A stretch of DNA of 9,690 nt, taken from the IMG/VR virus record IMGVR_UViG_2548876935_000017; one strand, 5' to 3'. Shown piece after piece: positions 1 through 7,089 of the stretch. The position numbers and the translations under genes are program-made. The notes beneath the pieces were generated by a model. The model was not told the DNA's origin, did not search any database, and worked only from the letters and a program-made list of their open reading frames with translations. This DNA is from a virus (lineage: Duplodnaviria > Heunggongvirae > Uroviricota > Caudoviricetes). Each line of letters opens with the position of its first letter. The first letter of the stretch is position 1.

Positions 1-117
1 GAGGAACTGGCGCAATATAATTTGTGGCTGGATTATCTGGACGCACTGGAACTGGTTGATACCTCCAGTGCTCCAGATATTGAATGGCCTACGCCTCCGG
101 CAGTTCAGGCCAGATGA
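1..117 (+). CDS. Tail fibre assembly protein (Tfa/gpG-like), 3' end only; 5' part off-window
   Basis: Frame 1 is open from base 1 to TGA at 115-117 and encodes ...LWLDYLDALELVDTSSAPDIEWPTPPAVQAR. This is clearly paralogous to the C-terminus of the minus-strand Tfa (…AVLDYIDAVTATDTSTAPNVIWPELPEA), sharing LDY-DA, DTS-AP and WP--P. Confidence 0.6.
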   Translation, partial: EELAQYNLWLDYLDALELVDTSSAPDIEWPTPPAVQAR

Positions 118-694
118 CATTCGGCGCGGTGCTGGTATCTGTTGCCGTCACTGCGTCAATGTAATCCAGCACAGCATTAAGTCGGGTTGTTTCTGCCTGC
201 GTCAGCTTCCGCCCGGCCTGTAATTTCAGTTGAATCAGACTGATGGAAGCCATTGCAGCATCAATCAGCGACTGGCGCTGTGCTTCTGCCGCGTCTACTG
301 CGGCACTATGCTGTGCCTCAGTATCTGTCACCCATTTCTCACCATCCCATTTATCGTATGGCGTTAACGGGACGATAGTGGTTGTATTTTCAGGGTAATC
401 ACCCGGAGCTGTGATTTCTTTTGATTCTCCCGTTTCGGTGTTATAGACAACTTCACCGCGATGGTCTGGCACATATTCCCATGAGTTTAAATCTGCCGAA
501 CGGCAGATTGCATAACCAACCTTATGTGTGCCAGGAGCATCTAAACAGGAATATGCAGGGATACCGACACCCACAGCAAGATATTCAGTTGATGCAGAAA
601 TATACTCCCGTGTCTCACTGTCATAGTTATAAACGGTAATCTCTCCTGCCTTTGTGGCAATAAATTTATTATTTAAGATGGCGTTATACATCAT
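89..694 (-). CDS. Tail fibre assembly protein, alternative copy (Tfa') carried in the invertible segment
   Basis: 201-aa ORF of typical Tfa size with the conserved C-terminal WPELP motif; its start overlaps the stop of the upstream fibre ORF (ATGA at 691-694); convergent with the + strand tfa 3' end. Confidence 0.85.
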   Translation of the reverse strand: MMYNAILNNKFIATKAGEITVYNYDSETREYISASTEYLAVGVGIPAYSCLDAPGTHKVGYAICRSADLNSWEYVPDHRGEVVYNTETGESKEITAPGDYPENTTTIVPLTPYDKWDGEKWVTDTEAQHSAAVDAAEAQRQSLIDAAMASISLIQLKLQAGRKLTQAETTRLNAVLDYIDAVTATDTSTAPNVIWPELPEA

Positions 695-1269
695 GCAGCC
701 CTCACAATGTAATTAAATGAAATATTACGTGGGCGTGTCTCTGCTGCACCGACAATACTGGTACTCAACCCCGTTGCCGTTCGTTTGTTATTTTTATTTC
801 CTTCAATCAGACAGTTGTAATCATCATTACCAATTAACGAATTGGTGGCATCAATACTGTCCGGGGACAAGGCATTAGTTGTGGAACTTAAAGTCAGCAT
901 CTCGTCTGAACTTGGAAGATTTTTTAATGGTGTTTCATTGCGTGAAATACCCGCGTAAAAAAAGGACTCATGCCTGTGAGCTTCAAAAGAGTCATTCTGA
1001 AGACTTAGCAAGGCTCGCCCCGCATCCACTCCACGTCCATCATCCCAGCCACGAATAAATTCACCGCGTAAATCAGGCAATTTATTGGTCGGGTAAGCCT
1101 TTGTCAGTTCCGGGTATTCTTCAGCAGAAAAAGCCGCACCATTGCATTTCAGCCAGCCTGTTGGCGGTGTGGCTGAAGGCCATGGAACAGGCACACCAAC
1201 AGGTAATGCAGAGCCTTCTCCCAAACCAACGTTTATGAAAATGCAGAGATAACGGCTAACTGGCATCAT
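691..1269 (-). CDS. Alternative tail-fibre C-terminal (receptor-binding) segment, silent orientation. The ATG at 1269 is probably not a real start; in vivo this segment would be fused to the constant fibre N-terminus after inversion
   Basis: 192-aa ORF immediately upstream of and coupled to tfa'; sequence of tail-fibre distal-domain type (…PVPWPSATPPTGWLKCNGAAFSAEEYPELTKAYP…LPDLRGEFIRGWDDGRGVD…); lies between tfa' and the invertase gene, as S'v does in Mu/P1/e14 segments. Confidence 0.7.
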   Translation of the reverse strand: MMPVSRYLCIFINVGLGEGSALPVGVPVPWPSATPPTGWLKCNGAAFSAEEYPELTKAYPTNKLPDLRGEFIRGWDDGRGVDAGRALLSLQNDSFEAHRHESFFYAGISRNETPLKNLPSSDEMLTLSSTTNALSPDSIDATNSLIGNDDYNCLIEGNKNNKRTATGLSTSIVGAAETRPRNISFNYIVRAA

Positions 1270-1295
1270 CTCCGGTTTTTATTCAGGGGATCCAT
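1255..1295. other. Candidate invertase crossover site (hix/gix/cix-like), right-hand copy
   Basis: Position between the 5' end of the minus-strand fibre cassette and the invertase start; GGTTTTTATTCA at 1274-1285 resembles the hix half-site GGTTTTTGATAA. The other half-site is a poor match. Confidence 0.3.
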
Positions 1296-1296
1296 C

Positions 1297-1890
1297 ATGC
1301 TTATTGGCTATGTCCGCGTATCAACAAATGACCAGAACACGGAATTGCAGCGTAATGCGCTGGAGTGTGCAGGATGTGAGCTGATTTTTGAGGATAAAAT
1401 CAGCGGCACTAAGTCCGATCGACCGGGACTAAAAAAACTGCTCAGAACATTATCAGCAGGTGACACTCTGGTAGTCTGGAAGCTGGACAGGCTGGGGCGT
1501 AGTATGCGGCATCTGGTCATTCTGGTTGAGGAACTGCGCGAACGCGGTGTTAATTTTCGCAGCCTGACGGATGCCATTGATACCAGCACGCCGATGGGGC
1601 GTTTTTTCTTTCATGTGATGGGTGCCCTGGCTGAAATGGAGCGAGAACTTATTGTCGAGCGGACACGCGCCGGACTGGAAGCGGCCAGAGCCAAAGGTCG
1701 TATTGGTGGCAGACGTCCGAAACTCACCGCGAGTGAGTGGGAGCAGGCCGGGCGGTTGCTGGCTGCGGGGGAATCTCGTCAACGCGTGGCACTGATTTTT
1801 GATATTGGTCTGTCCACGCTCTATAAAAAATTTCCCTCATCAGTGACAAAGAATAAATTGTGTCATCCCTTAGCCAACCGGGACAAATAG
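1297..1890 (+). CDS. Serine recombinase DNA invertase (Hin/Gin/Pin/Cin family)
   Basis: 197-aa ORF; N-terminus MLIGYVRVSTNDQ with the catalytic Ser in GYVRVSTNDQ; internal GRIGGRRPKL and C-terminal helix-turn-helix …LSTLYKK; strong resemblance to Pin/Gin as I remember them; RBS GGGGA upstream. Confidence 0.9.
   Translation: MLIGYVRVSTNDQNTELQRNALECAGCELIFEDKISGTKSDRPGLKKLLRTLSAGDTLVVWKLDRLGRSMRHLVILVEELRERGVNFRSLTDAIDTSTPMGRFFFHVMGALAEMERELIVERTRAGLEAARAKGRIGGRRPKLTASEWEQAGRLLAAGESRQRVALIFDIGLSTLYKKFPSSVTKNKLCHPLANRDK
1380..1404. promoter_or_regulatory. Perfect 9-bp inverted repeat (GCTGATTTT-N7-AAAATCAGC) inside the invertase 5' coding region; candidate part of a Fis-dependent recombinational enhancer
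   Basis: Read directly from sequence. In Hin/Gin/Cin systems the enhancer lies within the first ~100-200 bp of the invertase gene; this repeat is 84-108 nt into the ORF. Confidence 0.25.
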
Positions 1891-1949
1891 CCTGACATCT
1901 CCGGCACAACTGAAAATACCACTCACCCATTAACCACGGAGTTAAACGG

Positions 1950-3140
1950 ATGAGTGACTATCATCACGGCGTGCAGGTGCTGGAGATTAACGACGGCACC
2001 CGCGTCATTTCCACCGTATCCACTGCCATTGTCGGCATGGTCTGCACGGCCAGCGATGCGGATGCGGAAACCTTTCCCCTCAATAAACCTGTGCTGATTA
2101 CCAATGTGCAGAGCGCAATTGCAAAGGCCGGTAAAAAAGGCACGCTGGCGGCGTCGCTGCAGGCCATCGCCGACCAGTCAAAACCGGTCACCGTTGTTGT
2201 GCGCGTGGAAGACGGCACCGGCGACGACGAGGAAACGAAACTTGCGCAGACCGTTTCCAATATCATCGGCACCACCGACGAAAACGGTCAGTACACCGGA
2301 CTGAAAGCCCTGCTGGCGGCGGAGTCAGTAACCGGTGTTAAACCGCGTATTCTCGGCGTGCCGGGACTGGACACCAAAGAGGTGGCTGTTGCACTGGCAT
2401 CAGTCTGTCAGAAGCTGCGCGCTTTCGGGTATATCAGCGCATGGGGCTGTAAAACCATTTCCGAGGTGAAAGCCTACCGCCAGAATTTCAGCCAGCGTGA
2501 GCTGATGGTCATCTGGCCGGATTTCCTCGCATGGGATACGGTCAGCAGCACCACCGCCACCGCGTATGCCACCGCCCGTGCGCTGGGGCTGCGTGCTAAA
2601 ATCGACCAGGAGCAGGGCTGGCATAAAACGTTGTCCAACGTCGGGGTAAATGGTGTTACCGGCATCAGCGCATCTGTATTCTGGGATTTGCAGGAGTCCG
2701 GCACCGATGCTGACCTGCTGAATGAGTCAGGCGTCACAACGCTGATTCGCCGTGACGGTTTCCGCTTCTGGGGTAACCGTACCTGCTCTGATGACCCGCT
2801 GTTCCTCTTTGAAAACTACACCCGCACCGCGCAGGTACTGGCCGACACGATGGCTGAGGCGCACATGTGGGCGGTGGACAAGCCCATCACCGCAACGCTG
2901 ATTCGCGACATCGTTGACGGCATCAATGCCAAATTCCGTGAGCTGAAAACAAACGGTTATATCGTGGATGCGACCTGCTGGTTCAGCGAAGAATCCAACG
3001 ATGCGGAAACCCTCAAGGCCGGAAAACTGTATATCGACTACGACTATACACCGGTGCCTCCTCTCGAAAACCTGACCCTGCGCCAGCGTATTACCGATAA
3101 ATACCTGGCAAATCTGGTCACCTCGGTTAACAGCAATTAA
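1950..3140 (+). CDS. FI: Contractile tail sheath protein (P2 gpFI-like)
   Basis: 396-aa ORF, RBS GGAG upstream; size and sequence consistent with P2 FI; followed by the tube gene. Confidence 0.9.
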   Translation: MSDYHHGVQVLEINDGTRVISTVSTAIVGMVCTASDADAETFPLNKPVLITNVQSAIAKAGKKGTLAASLQAIADQSKPVTVVVRVEDGTGDDEETKLAQTVSNIIGTTDENGQYTGLKALLAAESVTGVKPRILGVPGLDTKEVAVALASVCQKLRAFGYISAWGCKTISEVKAYRQNFSQRELMVIWPDFLAWDTVSSTTATAYATARALGLRAKIDQEQGWHKTLSNVGVNGVTGISASVFWDLQESGTDADLLNESGVTTLIRRDGFRFWGNRTCSDDPLFLFENYTRTAQVLADTMAEAHMWAVDKPITATLIRDIVDGINAKFRELKTNGYIVDATCWFSEESNDAETLKAGKLYIDYDYTPVPPLENLTLRQRITDKYLANLVTSVNSN

Positions 3141-3152
3141 GGAGCCTGACCG

Positions 3153-3671
3153 ATGGCAATGCCGCGCAAACTCAAGTTAATGAACGTCTTTCTGAACGGC
3201 TACAGCTATCAGGGCGTTGCAAAGTCCGTCACGCTGCCAAAACTGACCCGTAAACTCGAAAACTATCGCGGTGCGGGGATGAACGGCAGCGCACCGGTAG
3301 ACCTCGGCCTTGATGACGATGCGCTGTCAATGGAGTGGTCGCTCGGTGGCTTCCCGGATTCGGTTATCTGGGAGCTTTACGCCGCAACCGGTGTGGATGC
3401 CGTGCCGATTCGTTTTGCAGGCTCTTACCAGCGCGACGATACCGGCGAAACGGTGGCCGTCGAAGTGGTCATGCGTGGACGTCAGAAAGAAATCGACACC
3501 GGCGAGGGTAAACAGGGAGAAGACACTGAGTCGAAAATCTCCGTGGTCTGCACCTATTTCCGGCTGACGATGGACGGTAAGGAGCTGGTCGAAATTGACA
3601 CCATCAACATGATTGAGAAGGTGAACGGCGTCGACCGGCTGGAGCAACACCGCCGCAATATCGGCCTGTAA
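3153..3671 (+). CDS. FII: Tail tube protein (P2 gpFII-like)
   Basis: 172-aa ORF 12 bp after FI, RBS GGAGCC; P2 FII-like size and position. Confidence 0.9.
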   Translation: MAMPRKLKLMNVFLNGYSYQGVAKSVTLPKLTRKLENYRGAGMNGSAPVDLGLDDDALSMEWSLGGFPDSVIWELYAATGVDAVPIRFAGSYQRDDTGETVAVEVVMRGRQKEIDTGEGKQGEDTESKISVVCTYFRLTMDGKELVEIDTINMIEKVNGVDRLEQHRRNIGL

Positions 3672-3678
3672 TTTTCAT

Positions 3679-3699
3679 CCGGTCAGTCAGGCTGACCGG
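3679..3699 (+). other. Intergenic stem-loop (8-bp perfect stem CCGGTCAG / CTGACCGG, 5-nt loop) between FII and E, without a U-tract
   Basis: Read directly from sequence. Confidence 0.4.
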
Positions 3700-3727
3700 T
3701 TAACCCCGATTCAGAAGTGAGAAAACC

Positions 3728-4003
3728 ATGAACAAAGAAAATGTCATTATCCTGGACAATCCGGTTAAACGTGGTGAGCAGGTTATCGAACAGGTCACGC
3801 TGATGAAACCCAATGCAGGGACGCTGCGCGGTGTCAGTCTGGCTGCGGTCGCAAACTCCGAAGTCGATGCACTGATTAAAGTGCTGCCGCGCATGACGGC
3901 ACCGATGCTGACCGAGCAGGAGGTCGCCGCGCTGGAACTGCCTGACCTTGTGGCGCTGGCCGGTAAGGTGGTCGGTTTTTTGTCGCCGAACTCGGTGCAG
4001 TAA
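3728..4003 (+). CDS. E: Tail assembly chaperone gpE (P2 E-like)
   Basis: 91-aa ORF with RBS GAGAAAA upstream; position between the tube and tape-measure genes; contains the T6G slippery site near its 3' end. Confidence 0.85.
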   Translation: MNKENVIILDNPVKRGEQVIEQVTLMKPNAGTLRGVSLAAVANSEVDALIKVLPRMTAPMLTEQEVAALELPDLVALAGKVVGFLSPNSVQ

Positions 4004-4155
4004 CGTTCCCGAAAAATCTGTCGGTCGATGACCTGATGGCGGATGTGGCAGTGATATTTCACTGGCCGCCATCAGAACTGTATCCCATGAGCCTGACCGA
4101 ACTCATCACATGGCGCGAAAAGGCGCTCCGGCGAAGCGGAAACACGAATGAGTAA
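3728..4155 (+). CDS. E+E': gpE+E' frameshift fusion: -1 programmed ribosomal frameshift at the slippery heptamer 3976-3982, extension terminating at TAA 4153-4155
   Basis: In E frame the codons are GGT TTT TTG (3974-3982). The -1 frame is open from the slip site and reads …FFVAELGAVTFPKNLSVDDLMADVAVIFHWPPSELYPMSLTELITWREKALRRSGNTNE*, overlapping the start of T as in P2. Confidence 0.7.
3976..3982 (+). other. Slippery heptamer T TTT TTG for the E/E' -1 frameshift
   Basis: Read directly from sequence; same heptamer class as the P2 E/E' site. Confidence 0.7.
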
Positions 4156-6595
4156 CAATGTAAAATTACAGGTATTGCTCAGGGCTGTTGACCAGGCATC
4201 CCGCCCGTTTAAATCCATCCGCACAGCGAGTAAGTCGCTGTCGGGGGATATCCGGGAAACACAAAAATCACTACGCGAGCTGAACGGTCACGCATCCCGT
4301 ATTGAGGGATTCCGCAAGACCAGCGCACAGCTCGCCGTGACTGGTCATGCACTTGAAAAGGCACGGCAGGAGGCCGAAGCCCTTGCCACACAGTTTAAAA
4401 ACACCGAACGTCCGACCCGTGCTCAGGCGAAAGTGCTGGAATCAGCAAAGCGAGCGGCGGAAGACTTACAGGCGAAATATAACCGCCTGACGGATTCCGT
4501 TAAACGCCAGCAGCGGGAACTGGCCGCTGTGGGAATTAATACCCGCAATCTTGCACATGATGAGCAGGGGCTGAAAAACCGTATCAGTGAAACCACCGCA
4601 CAGCTTAACCGTCAGCGCGACGCACTGGCGCGTGTCAGTGCACAACAGGCAAAACTTAACGCAGTCAAACAGCGTTATCAGGCCGGAAAAGAACTGGCAG
4701 GAAATATGGCCTCAGTGGGCGCTGCCGGTGTGGGGATTGCTGCTGCGGGAACGATGGCCGGAGTTAAGCTGCTGATGCCCGGTTATGAGTTTGCGCAGAA
4801 AAACTCAGAATTGCAGGCTGTGCTCGGTGTGGCAAAAGACTCCGCCGAAATGGCCGCACTACGCAAGCAGGCGCGCCAGCTCGGTGACAATACCGCCGCC
4901 TCAGCGGATGATGCGGCCGGTGCGCAGATTATCATTGCGAAAGCGGGTGGAGATGTTGATGCCATTCAGGCGGCAACGCCGGTCACGCTGAACATGGCGC
5001 TGGCGAACCGTCGCACGATGGAAGAAAACGCCGCCCTGCTGATGGGGATGAAATCTGCCTTTCAGCTTTCAAACGATAAGGTCGCTCATATCGGGGATGT
5101 TCTCTCCATGACGATGAACAAAACCGCCGCTGATTTTGACGGCATGAGCGATGCGCTGACCTATGCCGCACCAGTGGCAAAAAATGCCGGTGTCAGCATT
5201 GAAGAAACTGCCGCAATGGTCGGGGCGCTGCATGATGCAAAAATCACAGGCTCAATGGCGGGGACGGGAAGCCGTGCCGTGTTAAGTCGCCTGCAGGCAC
5301 CGACTGGAAAAGCATGGGATGCACTCAAAGAGCTTGGCGTGAAAACCTCAGACAGTAAGGGAAACACCCGACCAGTATTTACCATTCTGAAAGAAATGCA
5401 GGCCAGCTTTGAGAAAAACCGGCTCGGTACTGCCCAGCAGGCCGAATACATGAAAACCATTTTCGGGGAGGAGGCCAGCTCAGCCGCCGCTGTGCTGATG
5501 ACTGCCGCGTCAACCGGAAAGCTGGACAAACTGACCGCTGCGTTTAAAGCCTCAGACGGGAAGACCGCAGAGCTGGTAAATATCATGCAGGACAACCTCG
5601 GCGGTGACTTTAAGGAGTTTCAGTCCGCTTATGAGGCGGTGGGGACAGACCTGTTTGACCAGCAGGAAGGCGCACTGCGTAAGCTCACGCAGACGGCCAC
5701 AAAGTATGTGTTAAAACTCGACGGCTGGATCCAGAAAAACAAATCACTGGCGTCAACCATCGGCCTCATTGTCGGTGGTGCACTGGCGCTGACTGCTGTC
5801 ATCGGTGCCATTGGCCTCGTAGCCTGGCCGGTTATCACTGGCATCAATGCCATCATCGCGGCAGCAGGCGCAATGGGGGCAATCTTCACGACGGTTGGCA
5901 GTGCTGTTATGACGGCCATCGGGGCGATTAGCTGGCCGGTTGTGGCCGTGGTGGCCGCCATTGTCGCCGGGGCGTTACTTATCCATAAATACTGGGAGCC
6001 TGTCAGCGCATTCTTTGGCGGTGTGGTGGAAGGGCTGAAAGCGGCATTTGCGCCGGTGGGAGAACTGTTCACGCCACTGAAGCCGGTGTTTGACTGGCTG
6101 GGCGAAAAGTTACAGGCCGCGTGGCAGTGGTTTAAAAACCTGATTGCCCCGGTCAAAGCCACACAGGACACCCTGAACCGTTGCCGTGACACGGGCGTCA
6201 TGTTCGGGCAGGCACTGGCTGACGCGCTGATGCTGCCGCTTAATGCGTTCAACAAACTGCGCAGCGGTATTGACTGGGTACTGGAAAAACTCGGTGTTAT
6301 CAACAAAGAGTCAGACACACTTGACCAGACCGCAGCCAGAACTCATGCCGCCACGTATGGCACCGGTGGTTATATTCCGGCGATCAGCTCTTATGCAGGC
6401 TATCAGGCTTATCAGCCGGTTACGGCACCGGCTGGCCGCTCTTATGTGGACCAGAGTAAAAACGAATATCACATCAACCTGACGGGCGGTACTGCGCCGG
6501 GAACACAGCTTGACCGCCAGTTACAGGATGCGCTCGAAAAATACGAGCGGGATAAACGTGCGCGCGCCCGTGCCAGCATGATGCATGACGGTTAA
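4148..6595 (+). CDS. T: Tail tape measure protein (P2 gpT-like)
   Basis: 815-aa ORF after E/E'; coiled-coil-like, Ala/Gln/Lys-rich N-terminal half and a long hydrophobic Gly/Ala-rich segment typical of tape measure proteins. Confidence 0.9.
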   Translation: MSNNVKLQVLLRAVDQASRPFKSIRTASKSLSGDIRETQKSLRELNGHASRIEGFRKTSAQLAVTGHALEKARQEAEALATQFKNTERPTRAQAKVLESAKRAAEDLQAKYNRLTDSVKRQQRELAAVGINTRNLAHDEQGLKNRISETTAQLNRQRDALARVSAQQAKLNAVKQRYQAGKELAGNMASVGAAGVGIAAAGTMAGVKLLMPGYEFAQKNSELQAVLGVAKDSAEMAALRKQARQLGDNTAASADDAAGAQIIIAKAGGDVDAIQAATPVTLNMALANRRTMEENAALLMGMKSAFQLSNDKVAHIGDVLSMTMNKTAADFDGMSDALTYAAPVAKNAGVSIEETAAMVGALHDAKITGSMAGTGSRAVLSRLQAPTGKAWDALKELGVKTSDSKGNTRPVFTILKEMQASFEKNRLGTAQQAEYMKTIFGEEASSAAAVLMTAASTGKLDKLTAAFKASDGKTAELVNIMQDNLGGDFKEFQSAYEAVGTDLFDQQEGALRKLTQTATKYVLKLDGWIQKNKSLASTIGLIVGGALALTAVIGAIGLVAWPVITGINAIIAAAGAMGAIFTTVGSAVMTAIGAISWPVVAVVAAIVAGALLIHKYWEPVSAFFGGVVEGLKAAFAPVGELFTPLKPVFDWLGEKLQAAWQWFKNLIAPVKATQDTLNRCRDTGVMFGQALADALMLPLNAFNKLRSGIDWVLEKLGVINKESDTLDQTAARTHAATYGTGGYIPAISSYAGYQAYQPVTAPAGRSYVDQSKNEYHINLTGGTAPGTQLDRQLQDALEKYERDKRARARASMMHDG

Positions 6596-6609
6596 GGAGG
6601 TGACGAAAA

Positions 6610-7089
6610 ATGATGCTCGCGTTAGGTATGTTTGTTTTTATGCGCCAGACGCTGCCACACCAGACCATGCAGCGTGAATCAGATTATCGCTGGCCGTCAA
6701 ATTCCCGTATCGGTAAACGGGATGCCTTTCAGTTTCTCGGTGTGGGTGAGGAAAACATGACGCTTGCCGGTGTGCTTTATCCCGAACTGACCGGCGGCAA
6801 GCTGACGATGACCACGCTCAGACTGATGGCAGAGGAAGGCCGGGCGTGGCCGTTGCTGGATGGCACCGGCATGATTTACGGCATGTATGTCATCAGCAGG
6901 GTGAGTGAAACAGGGAGTATTTTCTTTGCAGACGGCACACCCCGGAAAATTGATTTTACGCTGTCGCTCACCCGCGTTGATGAATCACTGGCCGCGCTTT
7001 ATGGCGATATCGGTAAACAGGCGGAATCGCTCATCGGTAAGGCTGGCAGTATGGCGACTAAATTCACGGGTATGACGGAGGCGGGATAA
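6610..7089 (+). CDS. U: Tail protein gpU-like
   Basis: 159-aa ORF with RBS GGAGG (6596-6600); its stop overlaps the D start (TAATG). Confidence 0.85.
   Translation: MMLALGMFVFMRQTLPHQTMQRESDYRWPSNSRIGKRDAFQFLGVGEENMTLAGVLYPELTGGKLTMTTLRLMAEEGRAWPLLDGTGMIYGMYVISRVSETGSIFFADGTPRKIDFTLSLTRVDESLAALYGDIGKQAESLIGKAGSMATKFTGMTEAG

Larger units (their letters stand above)
1..1273. other. Invertible tail-fibre segment (G/C/P-segment analogue), partial; left boundary off-window, right boundary approximate
   Basis: Two convergent tfa genes with overlapping 3' ends plus an oppositely oriented fibre C-terminal cassette, directly adjacent to a serine invertase gene. Confidence 0.6.

Noticed and set aside
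421-639. 72-aa + strand ORF
   Set aside because: Lies entirely inside, and antisense to, the well-supported tfa' gene; no RBS and an implausible His/Cys/Arg-rich composition.
1308-1930. Minus-strand ORFs of 93, 109 and 68 aa overlapping the invertase
   Set aside because: Antisense shadows of a strongly supported invertase gene; Arg/Ser/Pro-rich translations typical of out-of-frame reading.
1-1949. An anti-phage defence or accessory cargo gene at the G-FI position (where P2 carries Z/fun)
   Set aside because: The interval is fully accounted for by tfa', the alternative fibre cassette and the invertase, leaving no unassigned coding capacity.
1964-2737. Small ORFs on both strands within FI (103, 66, 74 and 87 aa)
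   Set aside because: Embedded in the sheath gene, with no independent start signals and low-complexity translations.
3310-4072. ORFs of 85, 107, 129 and 120 aa overlapping FII and E
   Set aside because: Alternative-frame or antisense artefacts of the tube and chaperone genes. The only genuine alternative frame here is the E' extension, reported separately.
4209-6668. Several antisense or alternative-frame ORFs inside T, including a 229-aa ORF at 5629-6318 and a 144-aa ORF at 5161-5595
   Set aside because: The GC-rich tape-measure gene gives long spurious open frames on the opposite strand; the translations are Ala/Ser/Thr/Pro-rich with no recognisable domains or start context.
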